Of a DNA stretch of 64,000 nucleotides, positions 36,806 through 45,180 are shown in pieces; positions within the stretch are counted from its first letter, which is position 1; each line of letters opens with the position of its first letter. Under the pieces are notes generated by a model, which saw nothing but the letters and a program-made list of their open reading frames with translations, did no database searches and was not told the origin of the DNA. Source of the DNA: Paracoccaceae bacterium (GTDB lineage: Bacteria > Pseudomonadota > Alphaproteobacteria > Rhodobacterales > Rhodobacteraceae); the NCBI GenBank assembly GCA_020637675.1, contig JACKKD010000004.1:14787-78786 (forward strand). The letters run 5' to 3'. The position numbers and the translations under genes were made by a program.

Positions 36806-36960
36806 GTCGGCGCCTCCCTGATCTCGCCCACGGCGACCCAGCGCCGTTCCTCCACTGATTTCAGCATCGCGTCGACGCCGCAGGCCGTCTCGTGCCCGGC
36901 GGCGAAGTCGGGCCAGAGCGGCCCGCCCGCCCCGATCGCCCCGAACCGCAGCTCGCTCAC
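36802..36960 (-). CDS. candidate small protein (52 aa) translationally coupled to the downstream dehydrogenase
   Basis: GTG start preceded by GGAGGA with a 7-nt spacer. About 90 percent G/C at third positions across 52 codons. Its stop overlaps the ATG of the 35801-36805 gene (ATGA). No family recognised. Confidence 0.45.
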   Translation of the reverse strand: MSELRFGAIGAGGPLWPDFAAGHETACGVDAMLKSVEERRWVAVGEIREAPT

Positions 36961-37068
36961 CGCCCGTTCCTCCGGATCGCGCCGGTACGCGCCCGGCTTC
37001 CCCAAGGCTAGGCCGAGGTGTATCAGGCCGCCATCGCGGCGATGACGAGATTTACTCAAGGGGCAGGG

Positions 37069-38079
37069 ATGGCGCGGAAGACGACGGCGCGGGACGTGGC
37101 GGAGGCGGCGGGAGTGTCGCCGGCGACGGTGGACCGGGTGCTGAACGGGCGCGGCGGCGTCTCGCCCGAGAAGGAGCGGCGCGTGCTCGACTGGGCGCGG
37201 AGCCTGAAGCTCGACCGGGCGCTGTCGCTGACGGCCGCCCGGACGCTCAGGATCGCCGCATTGATCCAGCCGCCCGTCAATCCGTTCCACGCCAAGCTCG
37301 CCGAGGAGATCGCCCGCGCGGCACCCGTGCTGGAGATGTTCAACATGCAGATCCGGGTGATCCACATCGCCCCCGCCGCTCCGGCGGAGATCGCGGCGAA
37401 GATCCTCGCGGCGATGCAGACCCATGACGCGCTGATCGTGAGCGCTGAGGAGGATGCCGGGATCGCCGCCGCATGCCGCGCCTTCGCGGGCAGGGGGCCG
37501 GTCGTGACGCTTGCCACCGACATCGCGGGCTCGGGGCGGCTGGGCTATGTCGGCCCAGACAACCGCCGCGCAGGCCGCGTCGCCGGCGACCTGATGGGCC
37601 GCTTCCTCGGGCCGGAGGGCGGCGATGTTCTGATGGTCGTCGGGATGCTGGCGATGCGCGGCCAGGCGGAGCGGGTCGAGGGCCTCGGCGCGGTCTTCGC
37701 GGAACGCTACCCCGCCTGCCGGATCGCCGGCCCGGTCGAAAGCCTGGAAGACGGCCGCCGCACCGGGACGCTGGTACGCGAGGCGCTGGTGCATCGGCGC
37801 GGGCTGCGCGGCATCTACCTTTGCACCGTGGGCGCGCGCGAGGTCGTCGCCGCGCTCAAGGCTGCGGGCCGGCGCGACGTGGTCCTGATCGTGCACGAGT
37901 TGACGGCAGAGCGGCGCGCGCTCCTGAAGGCCGGTGCCATCGACGCGGTGATCGACCAGAACCCGGAGGCGGAGGTGCGCGGCGCTATCGACCTTCTGGC
38001 GCATGCCTTCGGCCGGCGCGACGGGCCTGCCCCGACCCATCCGCCGATGATCCAGATCCACACGATCGAGAACTCATGA
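37069..38079 (+). CDS. LacI family transcriptional regulator
   Basis: About 336 aa from MARKTTARDVAEAAGVSPATVDRVLNGR (HTH), followed by a periplasmic-binding-protein-like fold. Confidence 0.88.
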   Translation: MARKTTARDVAEAAGVSPATVDRVLNGRGGVSPEKERRVLDWARSLKLDRALSLTAARTLRIAALIQPPVNPFHAKLAEEIARAAPVLEMFNMQIRVIHIAPAAPAEIAAKILAAMQTHDALIVSAEEDAGIAAACRAFAGRGPVVTLATDIAGSGRLGYVGPDNRRAGRVAGDLMGRFLGPEGGDVLMVVGMLAMRGQAERVEGLGAVFAERYPACRIAGPVESLEDGRRTGTLVREALVHRRGLRGIYLCTVGAREVVAALKAAGRRDVVLIVHELTAERRALLKAGAIDAVIDQNPEAEVRGAIDLLAHAFGRRDGPAPTHPPMIQIHTIENS

Positions 38080-38121
38080 CCGCAGGGCATGACGGGGATT
38101 GCAATTCTCATGCGGGATTGC

Positions 38122-38136
38122 TGATATGTTACATCA
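38122..38136. promoter_or_regulatory. candidate LacI-type operator TGATAT-GTT-ACATCA upstream of the second LacI gene
   Basis: Imperfect palindrome. The 11-mer GTTACATCATT is identical to one at 39195-39205. Confidence 0.45.
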
Positions 38137-38157
38137 TTTCTTCATGAGGTGTCCGTC

Positions 38158-39186
38158 ATGGCGCGCGTCACGATTGCCGACCTGGCCCGCGAAGCCGGCG
38201 TGAGTCTCGCCACCGTGGACCGCGTCCTGAACGGGCGGCTGAAGGTGCGCGAGGAAACTGCGCTGAAGGTTCACGAGGCGGCGCAGAGGATCGGCTACCA
38301 CGGCGCAAACGCGATCCGCAGCCGGATCCTCGCAGACCTGCCGGAACTGCATGTGGGCGTGATCCTGCAGAAGGAGCGGCACGCCTTCTACCGCGACTTC
38401 GCGCGCCAGATCGAGTCGCGGGTAGCCCGGGTGACCTCGTACCGGATGCGCGCGACGATCCGCTTTGCCGAGACCACTCTGCCCGGCGAACTGGCGGACC
38501 TCCTGCGGTCGATGTCGGGCAAGGTGCAGGCCGTCGCGGCCTCGGGGCTTGACCACCACGAGGTCACGGCCGCGGTGGCCGACCTGAAGGCGCGCGGCAT
38601 CCCGACCTTCTCGCTGCTGTCCGACTTCGCCCAGGGCGTTCGGGAAAGTTACATCGGGGTCAACAACTTGAAGGTAGGCCGGTCGGTTGGCTGGCTGATG
38701 TCCAAGATCGCGCTGCGGCCGGGGAAGATCGGCATCTTCATCGGCGGGCACAGGTTCCACGGCCATGAGCTGCGCGAAACCGGGGTGCGCAGCTCGCTCA
38801 GGGAATATGCGCCGGACTTCGAGCTTCTGAACCCCATGATCAACCTCGAGGCGCGCCAGATCACCTATGAGGCGACGCTGGAGATGCTTGCAAAACACCG
38901 CGACCTCGTCGGCCTCTATTGCGCCGGCGGCGGAATGGAGGGCGCCATCACCGCTCTAAGGGAATCGGGCCGCGCCAGCGACGTCGTCCTGGTCGTGAAC
39001 GAACTCACGGACGAGACGCGGCTCGCCTTGCAGGACCGGACCGTGTCCATCGTGATCAGCACGCCCCTGCCCGCAGTCTGCGAGGAGCTTGCCACGCTGA
39101 TTCTCCATACCGTCGCGAACGGAATGGCCGAAACCCCCGGCCAGCGGTTCCTGCCGTTCCAGATCTGGACGCCGGAATCGTTGTGA
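38158..39186 (+). CDS. LacI family transcriptional regulator (second tandem copy)
   Basis: About 342 aa from MARVTIADLAREAGVSLATVDRVLNGR. GAGG SD 5 nt upstream of the ATG at 38158. Confidence 0.88.
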   Translation: MARVTIADLAREAGVSLATVDRVLNGRLKVREETALKVHEAAQRIGYHGANAIRSRILADLPELHVGVILQKERHAFYRDFARQIESRVARVTSYRMRATIRFAETTLPGELADLLRSMSGKVQAVAASGLDHHEVTAAVADLKARGIPTFSLLSDFAQGVRESYIGVNNLKVGRSVGWLMSKIALRPGKIGIFIGGHRFHGHELRETGVRSSLREYAPDFELLNPMINLEARQITYEATLEMLAKHRDLVGLYCAGGGMEGAITALRESGRASDVVLVVNELTDETRLALQDRTVSIVISTPLPAVCEELATLILHTVANGMAETPGQRFLPFQIWTPESL

Positions 39187-39205
39187 ATGATGTCGTTACA
39201 TCATT
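39186..39205. promoter_or_regulatory. candidate LacI-type operator AATGATGT-CGTT-ACATCATT upstream of the sugar ABC transporter genes
   Basis: Perfect 8-bp inverted repeat arms. An extra half-site TTACATCA lies at 39218-39225. Sits in a locally AT-rich 250-bp intergenic region. Confidence 0.5.
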
Positions 39206-39437
39206 ATTGGCTTCATTTTACATCAGCAATGACGAGAATCCGCCAACATCGCCGTTGACCGATGGTGGCGCTATCGGGAATCCTCATCGCCGTGGCCGTG
39301 AGGAGTGAGGCGGCCGAGGGAGGTTCCGGAGTTTGCAGCGCATGGACCGCGTTTCGCGGCAACGTTTCGCATGCCCTGCAGATCTGCGGCCCCATCGTGA
39401 CAATGGCCCGCAACGGGCCGTCTGTGGAGGAGCTACG

Positions 39438-40379
39438 ATGAAGAAATTCCTGATCTCGACCGCGGTTCTCGCGTCCCTGGCCGGGGCGGCCTCGGCCGAG
39501 ACGGTCGGCGTGTCGATGGCACTGTTCGACGACAACTTCCTGACCGTGCTGAGGAACGGCATCCAGAGTTATGCCGACGAGCAGGGCCACAGCGTCCAGA
39601 TCGAGGATGCGCAGAACGACGTGGCCAAGCAGCTCGACCAGATCAACAACTTCATCGCCTCGGGCGTTGACGCGATCATCGTCAACCCGGTCGACACTTC
39701 GGCGACGCAAGCGATGACCGATGCGGCCGCTGCGGCGGGCGTTCCGCTCGTCTACGTCAATCGCCAGCCCGTCAACCTCGACACGCTGCCGGACAATCAG
39801 GCCTTCGTCGCCTCGAACGAGGTCGATTCCGGCACGCTCGAGACCATCGAGGTCTGCCGTCTTCTGGCCGAGATGGGCAAGACCGAGGCCAATGCCTATG
39901 TCATCATGGGCGAGCTGTCGAACCAGGCCGCCGTGCAGCGGACGCAGGACATCCACGACGTGATCGACGGCGGCAAATGCGCCGTCAAGCTCAACATCCT
40001 CGACAAGCAGACGTCGAACTGGCGGCGCGATGAGGCGCAGAACCTCATGACCAACTGGCTGTCCACCGGCACGGCCTTCGACGCGGTGATCGCCAACAAT
40101 GACGAAAGCGCGATTGGCGCGATCCAGGCGATGAAGGCGGCGGGCATCGACATGGCCTCGGTCATCGTCGGCGGCGTCGATGCGACGCAGGACGCGCTTG
40201 TCGCGATGCAGGCGGGCGACCTCGACGTGACGGTGTTCCAGAACGCAGCCGCCCAGGGCTCGGGTTCGCTCGACGCCGCCGTCAAGCTCGCCAAGGGCGA
40301 AGCCGTCGACCAGGCCGTCTGGGTGCCCTTCGAACTCGTCACGCCCGCGAACATCAACGACTATCTCCAGAAGAACTGA
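39438..40379 (+). CDS. sugar ABC transporter periplasmic substrate-binding protein (RbsB-like type 1 PBP)
   Basis: About 313 aa. GGAGGA SD. Signal peptide MKKFLISTAVLASLAGAASAE. Confidence 0.88.
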   Translation: MKKFLISTAVLASLAGAASAETVGVSMALFDDNFLTVLRNGIQSYADEQGHSVQIEDAQNDVAKQLDQINNFIASGVDAIIVNPVDTSATQAMTDAAAAAGVPLVYVNRQPVNLDTLPDNQAFVASNEVDSGTLETIEVCRLLAEMGKTEANAYVIMGELSNQAAVQRTQDIHDVIDGGKCAVKLNILDKQTSNWRRDEAQNLMTNWLSTGTAFDAVIANNDESAIGAIQAMKAAGIDMASVIVGGVDATQDALVAMQAGDLDVTVFQNAAAQGSGSLDAAVKLAKGEAVDQAVWVPFELVTPANINDYLQKN

Positions 40380-40398
40380 TCCGTCCGCGGATCACGTC

Positions 40399-40422
40399 GG
40401 GGCGGCGCGCTGCCGCCGCCCC
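40399..40422 (+). other. intercistronic GC stem-loop after the SBP gene
   Basis: GGGGCGGCG-CGCTGC-CGCCGCCCC perfect 9-bp stem with no T tract. Such hairpins commonly follow SBP genes in ABC operons. Confidence 0.5.
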
Positions 40423-40490
40423 GCCGGCCCTTCGGGAAACGTGCGACGCACATTCTCCGCGACATTGGCCGACATCGAAAGGTGACACGC

Positions 40491-41564
40491 ATGGCACATA
40501 CGACGCACGGTATCGGGGGGCTGACCTACGATCCGGCCAAGAAGGCACGCCCGCCCGAACTGAACGTCTTCGTCGCGCTCGTCCTGATCGTGGTCGCGTT
40601 CGAGGCGATCGGACGGCTGTTCCTCGGCGAGAGTTTCCTCTTCAACACCCGCGACAACGTTGACGCCATCTTCAACTGGCCGCGGCTCAACATCATCATC
40701 CTGCAGGTCTCGATCGTCGGCATCATCGCGGTCGGCGTGACACAGGTCATCCTTACCGGCGGAATCGACCTCTCCTCGGGTTCGGTCGTGGGCGCCACCG
40801 CGATGATCGCCATGAGCTTCGCGCAGACGGCGCTCGTCAATGGCAACCCCAACCCTAAGGCGATCTTCGGCGACTGGGCGATGGACCTGCCGGTGATCGT
40901 GCCGGTGCTCGTCGGCCTCGGCTGCGGCCTCGCGGCGGGGCTCGTCAATGGCGTCTTTATCGCCTACACGCGCATCCCGCCCTTCATCGCCACGCTCGGC
41001 ATGATGGTCTTTGCCCGCGGCCTTTCCCGCTGGTGGTCGAACGGCAACCCGATCTCCTTCCCGACCGAAGGCTATGCCGCGATCGGCAAGGGGATGATGC
41101 CGGTTCTCATCTTCGTCCTCCTCGCGGTCCTCTTCCACCTCATCCTGACCTACACGGTCTATGGCAAGCACACCTATGCCATCGGCTCGAACGAGGACGC
41201 GGCACGGATGTCGGGGATCAAGGTCAACCGCCACAAGGTGCTGGTCTATTCGATCGCCGGCATGCTCGCCGCCATCGCCGCGGTCGTGCTGAGCTCGAAG
41301 AACCTGACCGCGCAGGCCGGCATGGGTGTCATGTACGAACTCGACGCCATCGCGATGGCGGTGATCGGGGGCATCTCGCTGAAGGGCGGGCGCGGCTCGA
41401 TCCTCGGCACGGTGCTCGGCGCCCTGATCTTCGGGGTCATCATCTCCGGCTTCACCTTCGTCAAGCTCGACGCCTACTACCAGGAGATGGTGAAGGGCGT
41501 GATCATCGTCGGTGCCGTGGTGCTCGACCAGTGGCGGCAGCGCCGCTCTTCGGAACGGACGTAG
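40491..41564 (+). CDS. sugar ABC transporter permease (RbsC/AraH family)
   Basis: About 357 aa, polytopic. The ATG at 40491 is preferred over the GTG at 40482. Confidence 0.88.
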   Translation: MAHTTHGIGGLTYDPAKKARPPELNVFVALVLIVVAFEAIGRLFLGESFLFNTRDNVDAIFNWPRLNIIILQVSIVGIIAVGVTQVILTGGIDLSSGSVVGATAMIAMSFAQTALVNGNPNPKAIFGDWAMDLPVIVPVLVGLGCGLAAGLVNGVFIAYTRIPPFIATLGMMVFARGLSRWWSNGNPISFPTEGYAAIGKGMMPVLIFVLLAVLFHLILTYTVYGKHTYAIGSNEDAARMSGIKVNRHKVLVYSIAGMLAAIAAVVLSSKNLTAQAGMGVMYELDAIAMAVIGGISLKGGRGSILGTVLGALIFGVIISGFTFVKLDAYYQEMVKGVIIVGAVVLDQWRQRRSSERT

Positions 41565-41574
41565 GGAGGCCGGC

Positions 41575-42369
41575 ATGAGCGAACTGAGGCTGCACGACAT
41601 GGGCGACATCGTTCTCGAGACGCGGGACCTGACCAAGCACTACGGCGGGGTCCACGCGCTGGAAGGCGCCAACTTCATCCTGCGCAAGGGCGAGCATGTG
41701 GCGATCATGGGCGATAACGGGGCGGGCAAGTCCACCTTCGTGCGCCAGATCACCGCAGTCGAACAGCGCACCCGGGGCGAGGTGGTCTTCGACGGCCGCG
41801 CGGTGCATTTCGCGGGCCCCCTGGAGGCGCGGGAGGCGGGGATCGAGACCGTGTTCCAGAACCTCGCGCTGGCCGACGATCTCGACGTGCCATCGAACCT
41901 CTTCCTCGGGCGTGAGAAGGTGCTCTTCAATCTCGGGCCTTTCTCGATCCTCGACCGCAAGGCGATGCGCGAGGCGACGATGCGAGGGCTGGAGAAGACC
42001 GGGGTGAAGATACCGAACATCCTCAACACGATCCGCAACATGTCGGGCGGGCAGCGGCAATGCGTGGCGATCGCCCGCACCGCGGCCTTCCATTCCAAGC
42101 TGACGATCATGGACGAACCCACCGCGGCGCTTGGCGTGCAGGAGACGGCGCAGGTGGAAAACATCATCCGGACGCTGAAGAAGCAGGGCGAACCCCTGAT
42201 CCTCATCAGCCACAACATGCGGCAGGTCTTCGACCTGATGGACCGGATCGTCGTGTTCCGGCGCGGCCGCATCTGCGCCAACCTCAACGTCGCCGAGACC
42301 AACCCCGAAGACGTCGTGGCCTACATCACCGGCGCGAAGACCGGCGCCGAATACGCCGACGTGGCCTGA
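41575..42369 (+). CDS. ABC transporter ATP-binding protein (single ATPase domain)
   Basis: About 264 aa. Walker A GDNGAGKST, signature MSGGQRQ, Walker B LTIMDEP. Confidence 0.9.
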   Translation: MSELRLHDMGDIVLETRDLTKHYGGVHALEGANFILRKGEHVAIMGDNGAGKSTFVRQITAVEQRTRGEVVFDGRAVHFAGPLEAREAGIETVFQNLALADDLDVPSNLFLGREKVLFNLGPFSILDRKAMREATMRGLEKTGVKIPNILNTIRNMSGGQRQCVAIARTAAFHSKLTIMDEPTAALGVQETAQVENIIRTLKKQGEPLILISHNMRQVFDLMDRIVVFRRGRICANLNVAETNPEDVVAYITGAKTGAEYADVA

Positions 42370-42389
42370 GCTTCCGAAAGGACCGACCC

Positions 42390-43289
42390 ATGAAGATCGC
42401 GCTTGATCCCTTCATGCACCGCCACCTGAGCCTTGACGAACTTCCCTTCAAGGTGAAGGAGCTTGGCTACGACTGGATCGAACTCAGCCCCCGGGGCGAT
42501 TTCCTCGAATGGTTCAAGGCGCCGCGGGTCTTCCCGGACCGGGTGAAGAGCTTCAGGAAGGCGCTGAAGAAGGCCGGTGTCGGCATCGCCTCGCTCCTGC
42601 CGATGTACCGCTGGGCCTCGAACGACGAGGCTGAGCGGCAGGCCGCCGTCCGCCACTGGAAGCGCGCCATCGAGATCGCGGTGGAGATGGGCGTTGACAC
42701 CATGAACTCCGAGTTCGGCCGGGGTCCGCACCCGGACAAGGGGTCCTGCTACTGCTGCCACACCGGCAGCATGATCGAGACCTGCGAGGACGCCTGGTGG
42801 CGGTCGATGGAGGAGCTTGTCCCGATCCTCGAGCGCGAGGGCATCAACCTGCACATCGAGCCCCACCCCGAGGACTGGTGCGAGACGATCCAGCCGGCGC
42901 TCGACATCATCCGCACGGTGAACTCGAAGCGGGTGCGGTTCCTCTACTGCGCGCCGCATACCTTCTATTTCGGCGACGACACCAAGGCGATGCTGCGCGC
43001 GGCGGCGGATGTGCTCGCCCATGTCCATGTGGGCGACACCTTCAACCACAAGGCCAGTTCCGGCCTGCGCTACATCCTGAACCCGCCGGGGACGCAAGCG
43101 CGCGTGCACCAGCACCTGAACATCGGCCAGGGCGAGGTGCCCTGGGACGACTTTTTCGGCACGCTCGCCGAGATCGGCTTCGACGGCATCATGACCGCCT
43201 GCGTCTTCGCCTGGGAAGACAAGGCCGACGCCTCGGGCCGCTTCATGCGCGCCGAAATGCAGCGCTACATCGACACGTATTGGAAGTAA
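42390..43289 (+). CDS. sugar phosphate isomerase/epimerase (TIM barrel) with an unusual Cys cluster
   Basis: About 299 aa with xylose isomerase-like TIM-barrel motifs. Contains [15 protein letters not shown]. Confidence 0.8.
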   Translation: MKIALDPFMHRHLSLDELPFKVKELGYDWIELSPRGDFLEWFKAPRVFPDRVKSFRKALKKAGVGIASLLPMYRWASNDEAERQAAVRHWKRAIEIAVEMGVDTMNSEFGRGPHPDKGSCYCCHTGSMIETCEDAWWRSMEELVPILEREGINLHIEPHPEDWCETIQPALDIIRTVNSKRVRFLYCAPHTFYFGDDTKAMLRAAADVLAHVHVGDTFNHKASSGLRYILNPPGTQARVHQHLNIGQGEVPWDDFFGTLAEIGFDGIMTACVFAWEDKADASGRFMRAEMQRYIDTYWK

Positions 43290-43299
43290 GGGTCGGAAA

Positions 43300-44310
43300 A
43301 TGACTTTGAGAATTGGGGTGATCGGCACCGGCGCCATCGGCCGGGACCACGCGCGGCGCATCCAGCAGGTGCTTTCGGGCGGCGAGATCGTGGCGCTTTC
43401 GGACGTGAACCGCGCCTCGGCCGAGGCCGTGCGCGCGGACATCGCGCCGAACGCCGAGGTCTTCGCCACGGGCGAGGAACTCGTCGACTCGCCAAAGGTT
43501 GATGCGGTGCTCGTCACCTCCTGGGGCACGACGCACGAGCAATATGTGCTGGCGGCCATCGCGGCGGGAAAGCCGTGCTTCTGCGAGAAGCCCCTGGCGA
43601 CGACCGCCGAAGGCGCCAGGCGCATCGTCGATGCCGAGGTCGCCCGCGGCAAGCGACTGGTGCAGGTCGGCTTCATGCGCCGCTACGACGCCGGCTATGT
43701 CGCGCTTAAGGACGCGGTGCGGACCCATACCGGCGCGCCGATCATGGTCCATGCCGCGCACCGCAACCCCGCGGTGCCGGAGCAATACATCACGCCGATG
43801 GCGATCCACGACACGCTGATCCACGAGATCGACGTGTTCCGCTGGCTTCTGGACGACGACTACGTCTCGGCGCGGGTGATCTTCCCGCGCAAGGCGGCGC
43901 GGTCGCACGGGAAGCTTCGCGACCCGCAGATCGTGGTGCTGGAAACCGCCCGGGGCGTGGTGATCGACGTCGAGATCTTCGTCAACTGCCACTATGGCTA
44001 CGACATCCAGTGCGAGGTGGTGGGCGAGGACGGCATTGCCCGGCTGCCCGAGCCGATGGCAATCCAGATGCGGCTCGACGCCAAGCTGCAGAACGCCATC
44101 CTGACCGACTGGAAGGACCGCTTCGTCGCTTCCTACGATGTAGAGCTTCAGGATTTCCTGAAGGCCGCCAAACTTGGCACTGCCTCGGGACCGACGTCCT
44201 GGGACGGGTACATGGCCGCCGTCACCTCCGACGCCTGTGTGCAGGCGCAGGAGAGGGATGGCGAGGCCGTCGCCATCCGTACCCCCGCGCGCCCCGCGCT
44301 ATATGCCTGA
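43300..44310 (+). CDS. iolG: inositol 2-dehydrogenase
   Basis: 336 aa. Long collinear similarity to B. subtilis IolG as I remember it: [14 protein letters not shown], [47 protein letters not shown]. Confidence 0.9.
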   Translation: MTLRIGVIGTGAIGRDHARRIQQVLSGGEIVALSDVNRASAEAVRADIAPNAEVFATGEELVDSPKVDAVLVTSWGTTHEQYVLAAIAAGKPCFCEKPLATTAEGARRIVDAEVARGKRLVQVGFMRRYDAGYVALKDAVRTHTGAPIMVHAAHRNPAVPEQYITPMAIHDTLIHEIDVFRWLLDDDYVSARVIFPRKAARSHGKLRDPQIVVLETARGVVIDVEIFVNCHYGYDIQCEVVGEDGIARLPEPMAIQMRLDAKLQNAILTDWKDRFVASYDVELQDFLKAAKLGTASGPTSWDGYMAAVTSDACVQAQERDGEAVAIRTPARPALYA

Positions 44311-44319
44311 GGTGATCCG

Positions 44320-45105
44320 ATGCGCTTTGCCATGAACCATATCGCAGCGCCGAAACTCGCGCTGCCCGACTTCTTCGCCATGGCACGCCGGCTTGGCGCG
44401 ACCGAGGTGGAGATCCGCAACGATCTGCCAGATGTCCTGGGCAGCTGGAAGCCCGCCGACGTGAAGGCGGCGGCCGAGGCGGCCGGCGTCACGATCCTGT
44501 CGATCAACGCGCTCTACCCCTTCAACGTCTGGAAGGGCGACCTGCCGGCGCGGGCCGAGAAGATGGCCGACTACGCCGCCGCCTGCGGTGCCCGGGCGCT
44601 GGTGATGTGCCCGCTCAACGACGGCACGCCCGTTGGCCATTCGGCGGTCGTGGCGGCGCTCGAGGCCATGGCGCCGATCCTGCGCGACCGGGGCGTGATG
44701 GGGCTTGTGGAGCCCCTGGGCTTTCCCGTCTCGTCGCTCAGGACCAAGCGCGAGGCAATCGCCGCAATCGAAGAGGCGGCGGGCTGGGACGTCTACCGGC
44801 TTCTTCACGACACCTTCCATCACCACCTTGCGGGCGAGACGGAGTTCTACCCGCGCCGCACGGCGCTCGTGCACATCTCGGGGGTGACCGATCCGGCGAT
44901 CGCCGTGAAGGACATGCTCGACGCGCACCGGGTGCTCGTCGATGCCAGTGATCGTCTGGAGAACATCGCGCAAATCAGGGCGCTTCTCGCGGCAGGCTAC
45001 GAGGGCCCCATCAGCTTCGAGCCCTTCGCGGCCGAGGTCCACGACTTGCCTGACCCCGAGGCGGCGCTGCGCGAGAGTATCGGCTTCGTGAGGGGCGCGG
45101 TCTGA
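44320..45105 (+). CDS. iolI: inosose isomerase-like TIM barrel protein (IolI-like)
   Basis: 261 aa. Motifs parallel IolI: LSINALYPFN, LVEPLGF, LHDTFHHH, ISFEPF. Confidence 0.6.
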   Translation: MRFAMNHIAAPKLALPDFFAMARRLGATEVEIRNDLPDVLGSWKPADVKAAAEAAGVTILSINALYPFNVWKGDLPARAEKMADYAAACGARALVMCPLNDGTPVGHSAVVAALEAMAPILRDRGVMGLVEPLGFPVSSLRTKREAIAAIEEAAGWDVYRLLHDTFHHHLAGETEFYPRRTALVHISGVTDPAIAVKDMLDAHRVLVDASDRLENIAQIRALLAAGYEGPISFEPFAAEVHDLPDPEAALRESIGFVRGAV

Positions 45106-45180
45106 GCCATCCGGGCGGGGGCGGCGGTGTCTCCCCGGCGCCCCCACCGAGGTATTTGGGGCAAGATGAAGGAAGCGGGA

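Noticed and set aside
34976-37045. 689-aa plus-strand ORF, and the 419-aa minus-strand ORF at 36802-38061.
   Set aside because: The first is out of frame within or antisense to the two Gfo/Idh/MocA genes. The second is antisense to the first LacI gene. Only its last 52 codons (36802-36960), which lie in otherwise unassigned DNA, were kept as a candidate.
40392-43676. Long minus-strand ORFs (40392-41636, 41503-42213, 42321-43676) over the sugar ABC transporter and TIM-barrel/iolG genes.
   Set aside because: They are antisense to genes with Walker motifs, permease TM patterns and IolG similarity. No domains are recognisable in the antisense products.
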